DNA from: Chrysomallon squamiferum
Lineage: Eukaryota > Animalia > Mollusca
Direction: 5' to 3'
Length of the DNA: 64,000 nucleotides
Assembly (NCBI GenBank): GCA_012295275.1
Contig: CM022667.1
Coordinates: 4,464,001-4,528,000, forward strand
The first letter of the stretch is position 1. Each line of letters begins with the position of its first letter. Below the pieces are notes generated by a model that did not search any database, was not told where the DNA came from, and saw only the letters and a list, made by a program, of their open reading frames with translations. Below, piece by piece: positions 51,301 through 63,562 of this stretch. The position numbers and the translations under genes were made by a program.

Positions 51301-53931
51301 CAACAAACACATTAAGAATAGTTGCCATGATTTTAAGTAAGTATTACTTTAATTTCAGTTATAGATGATGAAATTATGGATGGAAGACAAAATGCAAGGA
51401 GGTGCTATGTAATGGACAGTGGTAGCACACCAAAGTGGAAAATCCCACCAACATTTTGCAAACAATATTTCAAAAACATTGGCCTTCATGTTGGGGAGGT
51501 CATGTTTCAAAATAATAAAAGTTAGCAGGATTAAGAAATTAATTCTGAATCATCTAATACTGACAGCTGATGCTTCAAGCTACAGGGCTGGTGAAACAAG
51601 AAATGTACATGTATCACATACCTCTCATCATTGGCATTGGTCCTCTCATTCCTGGTCCTCCACGTCCTATGCCACCCATCATAGGTCCTGAGACAAAAAA
51701 AAAAAAATTGTTTTAATATAACCAAAACATAAGAACATGAGCAATAAATTACAAAAGAAAATAATAAATGGTAAAAAAAAATTGCTGAATGTCAAAAAAA
51801 AGAACCCAAAATATATATATATATATATATGCTAATTACCATTTTGTATCACTGCACATTTTAAATAAAATGGCCATTTCATTACAACAGCATTTCACAA
51901 CTGGGGTTCTTTGAGAAACAGTGATAGATAGGCTAAAGAATTTTCGAGTAATTTTGTATTCTGAATCTTCTGATCATCCTTAATTCATTAAATGAAGAAG
52001 AACTGTGTGAACTGCAGTCTGATGATGAATTTACAGACCTAACCAGTTATCCAAAAAAATATATATACTATGTGTACAATATGTAATAAAATTATAAAAG
52101 AGGAACATATTAGTAATTGTATATAACAAGGATAAAAAGATTGAGAAATGCTGCATTTGTATAACTTACCAGTTAACAGAATAACCAGTCCAGCTGGGAA
52201 AAAGGTCCACATTTAAAATGCTTTTTAATATATGTATGTATGTCTCTTATTAAACTAACACAAAATAACCCTCTTCATAACTAACTGCTTTATGTTTTGA
52301 TGATATTTGTATGTCTCAGTGACACAAAGAGTTGTACCAGCACGAGCTTTAGCTGGACTGGTCAAAGTGTAGAGTCAAGACAGATTATACACAATGGGGG
52401 AGATAACAGAAACCTTGAGAACTGAAGTCAGAATTTTGGGCAGCTCACACTAACAGATCACAATGCCATGCATTAACAAACATCATGATTACACAATCTT
52501 TACCTTGAAATCCACCCCTTCCTGGGGCCATCATCTGTGGGGACGGTCCACCAACTCCTCTAGCCGGTCCTTGCAGACCCGGCCCAGCTCCCCGCCCAGG
52601 GGCGGCACCCATCCCTCTACCAGCAGCCCGGCCCATTCCTGGACCTCCACCACCTAGAGGGACACGTGAAATACCTTCCTGCAATGCAAAAATCAATCAA
52701 AAGTTTACCAAACAATAAAACAATGGGATCTGGTGAAGCTATTATTTTCTAATAACTGAAATTATCATATAGTCCCACCTATCTTAATGCCAAATACTTG
52801 AAATATACTCCTGTCTAACATTATATTAAAAAAATAATTTAAAAAATTTAAAATACAAATTGTTCTACTGAACTCTCAGAGTGAGACATAAAATAAAAAA
52901 TATGTAATATATATATGTATCGATTTGTTTGCAGAAAAACACAAACATGGGGCTATATAATTATTAATGAACATTGCACCCTGCTGTTATAAGTAAAAAT
53001 TAAATTCCTTGATAAAAAAATATATATCCACATTTGAATAATAAAAGAATAAAAAAAAAGAGTTGATCTGCATGTGTTTTTAAATTTTCTCATTGACTAT
53101 GAAAAAGTACTTCAGTGAGAATTTTAAACTGTTTATTAAAAACATCTTAATAATCTCATATTACAAACCTCTGCTGGAGGAGGTCCTTCCACTGTCATAG
53201 ACACAAGGTGTTCTCCCCGTAACAGAACTAAACCCAGAACTCTCTTCTCTTCTCGTTCACCTGACTTCGTACTTTTTGGTTTTATTTTGCGAAATTCATC
53301 ACAGTCGCCTAGAATAAGATTCATGTGTTTGTCAAATGCTTTAAACGTTCCGATGAAGGTGCGACCATCTTGAAGAGTGCACCTCATTCGGTAGTTTATA
53401 TGCTGAAGCATCTTTGAGCTTTTGCCCACCTGTAAAAGAAAAATAATGAATATTTAACTTTTAAGTAAAAAATTCTTGTTGATAAATCATTATTTAACTT
53501 GGAATCATTTTAATAAATTCCTTTCAAAATCTATATTGAAATTAACCTGTTTATAAAATGTGAAGATCTCAAGCAGGAACATATTTATTATATATATTTG
53601 TTATTTTATGTCTCGTTCTCATTCAAGAGTCTCAGTATCTGTCGGTACCGGTGGCCATGTACTATGAAAGTACGATCATTTTCGATATAAAAATCACACA
53701 GTATTTGAATATACTTATCGTTCTAACATTGTGTATTTAAAATATAATTATATAAAAAGTTAAAGTTGGTCAGTTTTATATTAGGAAACGATAATAGAAA
53801 TGTAAACAATAGAAGCTGAGAAGGCTTGAAAATTAACTATATTTTTATATTAATTGTTGCTTTTAAAATAAAATAATAGTATACTGTAATAGTTCAAATA
53901 TTTATGTATATAATACAATTAGTTTTACCAT
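48165..53931 (-). CDS. SNRPB: Small nuclear ribonucleoprotein SmB, 5 coding exons, ~176 aa
   Basis: ATG-only first coding exon at 53931-53929 (as in human SNRPB). Then 53429-53169 ([50 protein letters not shown]...[26 protein letters not shown]), 52678-52504 ([11 protein letters not shown]...[19 protein letters not shown]), 51687-51622 and 48190-48165 (GPPPPGRY*). Phases are consistent. Confidence 0.95.
48692..49125 (-). ncRNA. Unassigned ~430-nt structured RNA element in the last intron of SmB (H/ACA-like 3' end, Sm-site-like motif)
   Basis: GC-rich island with at least six nested helices whose G-U pairs work only on the - strand. ACAGGA (box H-like) at 48743-48738 directly follows the closing helix; ACA at 48697-48695 follows a short 3' hairpin. 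No family recognised. Confidence 0.6.
52170..52421 (-). other. Candidate PTC-containing (poison) cassette exon in SmB intron 3
   Basis: Consensus donor CTG|GTAAGT at 52170/52169; acceptor ttctgacttcag at 52422; in-frame TGA after 15 codons; 14-bp internal inverted repeat. Confidence 0.5.
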
Positions 53932-53934
53932 TTT

Positions 53935-54751
53935 GTCAGCTTAGATGCAAGCCGATTTTCCAAAAATTAAAATGGGTTATAAACCCAAACTTCGAAATCG
54001 CGGTACTTGGTATCGTTTGTTTTACGTTTACTCGACAGAGCCATCTACAACCGGAAGGGAAGCAACTCTTGGTCATGTTCAATTTAACCTGTAATAATTT
54101 ATTATTATCCAATTTTAAATAACCAGCATCTCTATCTTTCTTTCTTCTTACTTCTTTTTATATTTCCTTTTTTAATTTAAAATTATTAATAATAAGTTTA
54201 GAAAGACTCTATTCTCATTCTGTAAAGTGTAAAATAAAAAGATAAAAATCGAATTAAATGAATTACATAACAATTATGGACGCATTGGTTCTCTTTGATT
54301 AATAGGTCAGAATTTTGGTTAATCCGAAATTTTATACCGATAAAAAGACAAATATCAATTTCTGAAAAAAAAAAATGTATATACATTTTTTCTTTCCTTG
54401 ATTTTTGTAACTTTTTTTTTTTTTCTTTTCTTTTCTGTGGACGGCTCACAATTTATTAAGCATACAATAGGCAATTCTAAAAGAAATGTTATTTTCCTGT
54501 TGCTTTGGCAGATGGCAGATGACAGATGCCTCCATGCCCCTTGAGTCTTAGCCCGTAAGAACAATAGATTTTGACAAACAAAATGCAATCGATTTTTTAA
54601 AATTATTTTTCTCTTTTTGTATGTATATATATATATATATATTCAGTGACCGTATATAAAAAAACCAAATAATTTTATCAGTCACACTGAATGTACTCAT
54701 TTACAATTATTTACCCTTTGATCAAATTCTTTCTTTTTTTCTTTCTTTCTT

Positions 54752-54782
<31 letters not shown>

Positions 54783-55482
54783 TTATTATTATTGATGATG
54801 ATGATAATGATGCCTACTTTAAATTTTTAGAAATCTGAAAAGAATAGCTTTAAAAATATTATTCTGAAAATTGTTGCGTGTTTGGAAGACGTACTATATA
54901 TGCATACAAAATTAATCGAGTTGACGAGCTCGGAGGTCGGTCATTTTAGCATATGAAAAATATATACCGAAAGAAAGAAAGAAAGAAAGAAGAGAGTCAA
55001 TAAATAAAAGTGCATATATTAGTAGTTCTAAATTAATATTAGCCCAATATGTTGATGAAATTAAAAAGTCTCAGACAGGGGGAAAAAAAATAAAATAATA
55101 GAATAAATGAAAACTTTCTTATGTGCGTGATAAAACTAAAGAAAACAAATCTATTTAAGCAGAATAAACCGGACAACAAAAACTACATTGTAAAAATATG
55201 TCAGAGTTATAATTTTATTTTACGTCCTTTCTGAATGACGTTTCTGATGGTGTAATACAAACTATATCAGAAACAAAAATAAACTACTAAATTTTTTATT
55301 TTCAGACTTAATTTCAGTGTTATATTTTCCGATAATAATATCAGCTTAGTCGTTTCACTCATCTTATAGCAAACAAAAATCAATAAAAATTGATTTTTAC
55401 CCCTTGCAAGAATCCACCCAACGTTGCTATGACAGTGGCCGTCATCATCTTTCATATCATTAGTCCACGTCATTGTTTAAAG
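53935..55482. promoter_or_regulatory. Divergent promoter region of SmB and the Sel1-repeat gene
   Basis: Head-to-head ATGs (53931 on -, 55483 on +); ETS/GABP-type CCGGAAG at 54051-54057; RFX X-box-like GTTGCTATGACAG at 55423-55435. Confidence 0.55.
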
Positions 55483-56083
55483 ATGGCCACCAGCAGCTTG
55501 GCAGGGGTCGGAGGAACAGAAATTCGACATCGTTACCAACCTGAGACGAGCGACCCTGAATGGAATCCTGATTTACCGTATGGAGGGAAGGTTTATTTAG
55601 CAAGGAGGAAAAAACCCGACCCGATGTATGTGCGCATTCTGGAGGTGAGAATTTCAGGACAGAAATGACAGCAGACCGATTTCAGTAAAGTGCTAAATCT
55701 AAAAATAACTTTTTTTTTTTCCTTTCTCTTTTTTAAAGATGCATTAATAAAGATTTCTCTTCATATTTGCTTTAGGTATAATTAAGCTATTCAGTACAAT
55801 TAAAAACAAAACAAAATAATAAAATAAAAAATTGTTATATATAAATTTAAAATATAAATAATAATAATAATAATTATTTAAATTTAAAGACCTAAATATT
55901 GCAACATACTTTAGAGGCCTTTCATTTCAGGAGTTATATGCAAATTGAAACGGTGTTGGAAAATTAATCTGTATGCCTCTAGATTAAATTCAGTAATATG
56001 ACCATGACAGCATGAGCATTAAATATTATTATTATTAGTTTTAGTTTAAAAAATATATATTTTAATATAATTGTTATTATTTA

Positions 56084-56149
<66 letters not shown>

Positions 56150-57144
56150 AACAAGCCTATGAAGAACTTAGGGAAAGCTATATCCATTCTTCTTCAGATA
56201 CCTTTAATATATGTATACATTTTTTGAAAATAGATATTTGAATTTTTTTTTATTATTATTATTATTATTTTTTATATATATATATATATTTATTTATATT
56301 CTTTTTCAATTTATTTATTTTAATTTTTTCCTTTATTATTTTCAGATTGGTTTGATCATCTCTACTATTGCTTTGATTTACTATGCCTACTTTTATTTTG
56401 ACAATCTTCATTTCCATGTTGTGCATGCCTATGCACATCTTGGCTATGCCCAGGCTCAGCATCAAGTTGCTCAGAGATATCTGCATGGTAAATAAATTAT
56501 AATTATAAACACCTATTTAGTAAGTATAACAAACATATAATTATAGATACCTATTTAGTAAGTATAACAAATATATAATTATAGATAAAAACTTTGTAAG
56601 TATAACAAATATATAATTATAAATATCTATTTAGTAAGTATAATAAAATGTAGATACCCATTTAGTAAGTATAATATGTAACTATAGATGAATATTTAGT
56701 AAGGATAATAATAAATATATAATTTTAGATACCTATTTAGTAAATATAATAATAACTATATAATTATAAATGCTTGTTTAGTATTATAAATGCTTGTTTA
56801 GATGCTAATTTAGTAAAAATAATACATATATAATTATAGATACCTATTTAATATATACCCCTCTATTTAATAAAAAAAAAAATGCATTTAATTAATTAAT
56901 TTTTTATGAATTATGAATTTTATTTTTTTCTTATTTTATTTATCAAATTATTATTATTATTACTACTACTACTACTTTGCTATTCTTATTTTTCAGGTAA
57001 AGGATTTGTTTTTACTATTATTGTAAAAACATGAAGATGACAGAAAATTAAAAAAATGGAATGGTTCAGTTTTCTTATTTTTTTAGCAAATCTTTGCCTT
57101 ATTTTTAAAGAAAACATGAAGACAAAGCTATGGAATGGTTCACA

Positions 57145-57191
<47 letters not shown>

Positions 57192-58440
57192 CATTAGAAG
57201 ATGCTGTGTTTTGTTCCCCAGTTTCTAATAAATAAGTATCAATTCATTTCCATTCTCCTAAGTATATAACAGTAGACAGATAGACAGACAAGCAGTGATA
57301 CAGATATTAGAAATGTCTTTTAATTTCAGTTCTGGACAAAACATTTCTTAATTTTGCAAATATGTTTATTTAAAACTAATATTAATTTGACTGATTTATA
57401 ATGATTAAATTTGCTCTGTTATTAATTACATTCATCAGCTTAATATTATTATTATTATTAAAACATTTTTTGATATAAATTTTCCTTCTATGTTTTATCT
57501 GGATAAGCAGCTATATATTTAAGTGACATAGAAAAAACAAAACATTTAACAAGTTTTTTTGAGGAAAACGACAGTAATAAATATTGATTCATTTATATAA
57601 AATATAAACATATATATATATATATATTTATTTATTCATTTATTCATATACTGATAAATGTATAAAAAATTTCAGGAAAGCAGCAGACCAAGGACATCCT
57701 CATGCCTCCTACAACCTCGCAGTCGGTCACCTCAGAGGAATGAATGCTGGTTTAAAACCTGGGTGAGTCAAAAACATTCAAATAAACAATTCAAATTACA
57801 CAAACTGTCCATTAGTATCCTTTTTATTTGAATATTAACCATTCTTTATAAAAGATTATTTTTCATGTCTGGAAAGGTGCAATTAAAATATATTTTGCCT
57901 TACACCAACAAAGACTGGTCCTTTCTGGTAGACATTTCTATGGTTCTTAATCATAAAGTATAATTGATGAATAAAAATATGCAAAGGATGTTATTAAAAT
58001 AAAACATTTATTCTTCCCTTTCTGTATTTAAAATTTAAGAAAGGAAGGGAAATTAGCATTCTCATACTTGTTTTGAAGACTGTTATAATATTTTATGGAT
58101 AACCTCAGTTAAATGGTCTTTAAAATAAAATAAAAAGTGGAAATGAATGAAATGAATCAAAGATACTTGTTCACTTCATCAAACATTTTTAATATTAAAG
58201 CTACTATTAATTTCGAAAAAGGTTTAATAAAATAAGATTGGAAATGAACAAAATTAATCAAAATTGCGTGGTCACGTCACCACGTAGTTTAATATTAAAG
58301 TTATTATAAATATCTAGATTTGTTTGATTTTTTTTTTTCTCAGGGAAGCACACACCTTGATTCATCATGCAGCCTCTAAGGGTGTGAAGGAAGCTCACAA
58401 GGTTTTGAACACAATCTGTACTCAGGGGGGTTGTGAGTAA
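55483..58440 (+). CDS. Small single-pass membrane protein with C-terminal Sel1-like repeats (~177 aa if exon 3 is restored); exon 3 is disrupted in this sequence
   Basis: Exons: 55483-55644; 56346-56487 (TM IGLIISTIALIYYAYFYF, then GYAQAQHQVAQRYLHG); a broken exon at ~56997-57141 (GKG...KHEDKAMEWF); 57676-57762 (RKAADQGHPHASYNLAVGHL); 58344-58440 (EAHTLIHHAASKGVKEA...CE*). The pattern AQ..L...Y..G.G...D..KA.EWFRKAA.QG is the Sel1 repeat consensus. Confidence 0.8.
56505..56860 (+). repeat. Minisatellite, ~35-38-bp unit (GATACCTATTTAGTAAGTATAACAAATATATAATTATA)
   Basis: About nine degenerate tandem copies in intron 2 of the Sel1 gene. Confidence 0.85.
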
Positions 58441-58629
58441 ATCCTGGTTGCTATGGCAACATCATGCTTATTACCAATAATTAAACTGCTTATATAATTT
58501 TATATTCTCTGCAGTGAATATTATTTTCTGACACGTTGACCTAAAACATTAGTGGTTTTTGTTGTTGAAAATGTTTAACTTTGAAGGATAGCACTAACCT
58601 TCCGTCCAAGCTTTGTGAAATGTAAAAGT

Positions 58630-58885
58630 GATTATGTTAAACTAGTTAAGTTTCATTTGTATTTCATTTGCTAGATTCTGCTGAATTTATATTAAGCTAG
58701 TTTTAACACTTTTTATTATGCTAGTTTCAGTTGTATTTGTGTTAAACTAGATTCAATTTATGTTAAGCTAGTTTCAACTGTTTATTTTAAGCTAGTTTCA
58801 GTTGTATTTATGTTAAGTTTCAATTGTATTTATGCTGAACTAGTTTTAATTATATTTATGCTATACCAAATTCAGTTGTTTTTAT
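58630..58885 (+). repeat. Degenerate ~25-bp minisatellite (TATGTTAAGCTAGTTTCAGTTGTATT) in the Sel1 gene 3' region
   Basis: Repeated GCTAGTTT/ACTAG units are visible. Confidence 0.75.
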
Positions 58886-59202
58886 ATTGAACAATGTGAT
58901 TAGCATTCAGTTTCTTAGAAATCATGCTTATTTTAATATATAATAAGTGTGACATTAAAAAAAAAAAAATAAAATAAAATTTATTATTTACTTAATGTAT
59001 GGTAATATTGAAATTAGAATACACTGATGTACACTTATGTTCTTCTGTGGGCTTATAAATTTGCTTAAGAGGACTGCAGTCTGACCAAGTATGACACAAG
59101 ATGTATACCATAAAACTCTTGTTGTTCAATGCAGATATTTCATGAAGATATAATTAAGAAAGAAAATACAAATAGAAAACTGATGTTTTCTCTGAAGATA
59201 AG

Positions 59203-59234
<32 letters not shown>

Positions 59235-61854
59235 AAATGTTTTTTTATTCCGTCCAAATGCATTGTTAACTGCTGAATTTATCAATTTATTTTTTTCAGA
59301 TTTTAATTTTATTTTTACTGTTTTTACTTGTGACAGTTGTATATTTGTGTTCATTCTGCTCATGTTCAGTTACATTTCGACAGAATATATGTTTATTTTA
59401 CATTTTATGCCAAATTCAAAATATTATATGATTCATAGAAAAATATTGTGCTGTTCTGAAATCTGGATCATAAATATATTGTTAGTTACTTAGTTACCTG
59501 AAACTTGAGCAAGATAAGACTTTATTGGGAAGGGCAGATAAGTGTAACATGAAGTAATTCTACAAGTGGGTTAGTAAAAATGTTTAGCTACTGGTAGAGT
59601 GAATTGATTGATACCATCAGGCAAACTTACTGATAGGTATAGATTCATACGCTATTTAATAACCTTTCACATGATGCATAAATTTTGAATCATAGAAATA
59701 AATTAGAATACTGGATAAAAAAAAAAAAAAAATTAATATAAAAATCATAATAATAATAAAAAAATCACCACTGTTTTAATTTTTCTTTTTCTTACAAATG
59801 CCGTAACAACGAATTTAGATACATTAAAATATGTTACCCTTAGTATTTTACTTATCAGACAGATGTTTCTAGATAAACATGCTGAATTAATGTTACTGTT
59901 GTATCTTATGAGCTAAATATTAGAATTAGAAATTTGTGTTTTCAGTGAGAGTCTCTTGATAGATTCTATAAATTAACTCTTCTCACTTCCATCTTTATTT
60001 TGTTTTCTGTTTCTACTAGTTTCTACTAGCTTTAGAACAACATACACTGTATATATATATATATATATATATAATTTTAAACATGTATGTAACTATCAAA
60101 AATATCTAGCTATACAATGAATCAGAAGATATTGCGTTTTGTTGTATATTTTTATATTGTAGTCCATTGTTACCAATGACAAAAGCATGTGAGTTATTTA
60201 TCTGCTGAATCAAATTTCATATGCATGAAAGTTAATACTCTATCATTAATGCAAATATTTTATCCGTCCAGAAAATACAGTTACGAAAATGTAATGAACT
60301 TTTATTTATTAAAACTGACAAATATATATGTTATAATTTTTTTGATTTGTTATTTTTTCAAATAAATTTGTTTCAAATTATTTTTAACATTTCTCACTGC
60401 TGATTTTTTATCTTTTTGTCAACATTGTAATATGTTGTTTAAATAAAATTTCAAAATTTCACCTCTTCTTTGTATTTTTAAAAATGATTCTGTTTAATTA
60501 TTCAGTTAATTATTTTGTTTTATTAATGCATTAACCAAAGAATGATTTAAAATAGCTGCAGCCAAACTTAATCAGTGTATTTGATATATACAGTCAATAT
60601 CTCTCACACACACACACACACACACACACATTTAACGTACTGACTCTCAACTATGTAATATAGAGTGAAATGGCTGATAGAAGAAGTTAACGATATTTGA
60701 TTATTTACGATTACCTCTGATCTCTGAGCTCAACATCTGTGTTCAGATATCTTGAAAGACCTACCAATTTACGAAACTGCGGAAACATAATAAATAGTTC
60801 TTCACATTTCCTTGAGACAATCATCTCCAGGAACATACTAGCTGCCATGCATACACATTCAGACACACATATACACACACACACGTAGGCACGATATCAT
60901 CATTATGTTGTTGTAAACTATTTTTTTTGTAGCGAAATCTGTAGAGAAGCAGATACGAATTAGCGTAGGCTAAAATAACAATCCATATGTACACATTAAA
61001 TATTTTCATACGAGGGTCGTTACCACACCTAGCTTAATCTAGAAAGGAAAAAAAAAAAAAAAAAATTATAAATGCTTTAATGTAACACATAAAATATAAC
61101 CTGGATATATAACCAAACATAAAAATGAAAGCGGAATGTTTATTAAAACGATGATCAGGATAAATTATGAAGAATTAAAACCACAATTAATCTACCGGAA
61201 GTAACAAAAACGTCATCGGTTATACAACAACGCACGAAAGACCCGCATGTTAACATTAAACATAATGTTTGACAAACACCAGTCAAAAAATTAATAATAT
61301 TAATTATGAAAGTATAATTTTTGCATTCCTTAAAATAAATCATATATATATTGCATTAACTGATCACAACAATTGATTCCTAGCAAAAGTAAAGATTTCG
61401 ATTAAATTAATACGATGTTTATACAATGCAGGTTTCAAATAATTCAACTTTTGAAGTTTTTTCTTAACACATCGATAACGTGATCACGGATGAACCGAGA
61501 CAGCAGTCATTATAGCTATTTTTCTGATTGCCGTAAGCAAAAAGAACATACATAGTGTATATCCAATGTTACATTTAAAACGCTTATTAGTCAGTTAATT
61601 ATATTAATATTTTAAACGTTTTTGATCCCTAACTTATAATCGATTATTCAAACGATATTTTAATCGATACATTCCGAATACCCTAGAATTAAACGCGTAA
61701 AATAAAATTCATTAGATTTTCATTTTGTGTGTTTATTATTACTATAATTAATGAAACATGAAACAAACTTTTACTGGTATTAACACACAGGGATAAACTA
61801 TTTTATAAAGTAACAAAATTTCAGAAATGTAAAAAAATATAATCCGAAAGCAAA

Positions 61855-62031
61855 CGAACACGGTTTACTTCGGCAATTTCCGACAACGTAGTGACGCTAT
61901 ATATATGACGTCAACAATACACCTCCTTAGTGACTCCGCATCAACCTTTGTAAGCTGCTGCAGTTTCTCCCTGTCAGAATTAAAATCAAATATTAACTGA
62001 TAGCGTTAAAACTTTGCGATATCCAGTAAGT
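61855..62031 (+). promoter_or_regulatory. Candidate TATA/CRE promoter and short non-coding first exon of a gene continuing beyond the window
   Basis: TGACG half-site at 61892, TATATATA at 61898-61905, full CRE TGACGTCA at 61906-61913, donor CCA|GTAAGT at 62025/62026. Confidence 0.45.
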
Positions 62032-62123
62032 ACAGTAAAAGTAATGTAATTTGATATTATTTTTCAAGTGGTAGGACGATATATATATATATAATTTTTT
62101 TTTTCTTCATCGTTAATGTAAAC

Positions 62124-62332
62124 AAACTGTATTCAGCTTCGGAATAGAAAATGTTCACACTTGGCATTTACCAATTTAGAAAATCATTAATCAAATTGGC
62201 TTTTATTTATTTATTTATTGTATTATTATTACTTTTATTATTTTCATAAATCAAACTGTATTCAGTTTCGAAATAGAAAATGTTCACACTTGGCATTTAC
62301 GAATTTAGAAAATCATTAATCAAATTGGCTAT

Positions 62333-62363
<31 letters not shown>

Positions 62364-62405
62364 TTGTATTATTATTACTTTTATTATTTTCATAAATCAA
62401 ACTTG
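62124..62405 (+). repeat. Direct tandem duplication of a ~130-150-bp unit (2 copies)
   Basis: AAACTGTATTCAG..TCG.AATAGAAAATGTTCACACTTGGCATTTAC.AATTTAGAAAATCATTAATCAAATTGGC occurs at about 62124 and 62253. Confidence 0.9.
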
Positions 62406-62544
62406 GCTATTTATACTTATGTTATTTATTTTTGGGAACCGTGTACATTTGAGTCCAAAATTACTGACTGGTTAGTAATAAATATACAAACAAAATGGGC
62501 CAATACATATATATCTAACTTTATATTTAATCTTAGTATGTTTA

Positions 62545-63115
62545 CAATAACAAACTCATATCATAGCAAGTAAATAAGTGAATAAATATATAAATAAATA
62601 CTACTACCACTACTACTACTACTACTACTAATAATAATAATAATAGCAAACTCATATCATAGAAAGTAAATAAGTGAATAAATATATAAGTAAATTCCAC
62701 TACTACTACTAATAATAATAACAAACTCATATCATAGCAAGTGAATAAGTGAATAAATATATAAATAAATACTACTACCACTACTACTACTACTACTAAT
62801 AATAATAATAACAAACTCATATCATAGCAAGTGAATAAGTGAATAAATATATAAATAAATACTGCTACCACTACTACTACTACTACTACTAATAATAATA
62901 ATAACAAACTCATATCATAGCAAGTAAATAAGTGAATAAATATATAAATAAATTCCACTACTATTACTACTACTACTACTACTAATAATAATAACAAACT
63001 CATATCATAGCAAGTGAATAAGTGAATAAATATATAAATAAATACTACTACCACTACTACTACTACTACTAATAATAATAACAAAATCAAGCAAGAAGTA
63101 AATAAAGAATAAAAA
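62545..63115 (+). repeat. Tandem repeat, ~80-100-bp unit (ACAAACTCATATCATAGCAAGT...AATAAATATATAAATAAAT(ACT)n(AAT)n), ~6 copies
   Basis: Read directly; the copies differ mainly in the length of the embedded microsatellite. Confidence 0.92.
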
Positions 63116-63267
63116 CTACTACTATTACTAATAATAATAAGAAGAAGAAGAAGAAGAAAAGCCATCAAACTGAATAAAGAATAAAACGATTATATCATAA
63201 CAAAAATTAAAAGAAGAAACTTTGTAAATAAATAATAATAATTACAGTAATATTAGAAGTAGAAAAA

Positions 63268-63562
63268 GTAGAGGTAAATGATAATCATAATAACAGTAAT
63301 AGCAAGAAACAGAGGTAAATGATAATCATAATAATAGTAATATAAAAGAAACAGATGTAAATGATAATCATAATAATCAGTAATAGCAAGAACAGATGTA
63401 AATGATAATCATAATAATAGTAATAGCAAGAAACAGAGGTAAATGATAATCATAATAATAGTAATATAAAAGAAACAGATGTAAATGATAATCATAATAA
63501 TCAGTAATAGCAAGAACAGATGTAAATGATAATCATAATAATAGTAATAGCAAGAAACAGAT
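63268..63562 (+). repeat. Tandem repeat, ~41-bp unit (AGA(G/T)GTAAATGATAATCATAATAATAGTAATAGCAAGAAAC), ~7 copies
   Basis: Read directly; the unit variants recur in a 3-unit pattern. Confidence 0.9.

Noticed and set aside
52310-52440. H/ACA snoRNA in SmB intron 3
   Set aside because: A hairpin followed by ACA exists, but there is no ANANNA box H and the pocket-to-ACA spacing is too long. The poison-exon reading fits better.
62542-63168. 208-aa hydrophobic repeat ORF, and a CRISPR-like reading of the arrays
   Set aside because: The ORF is a tandem-repeat translation. The arrays have no unique spacers, there are no cas genes, and the DNA is eukaryotic.
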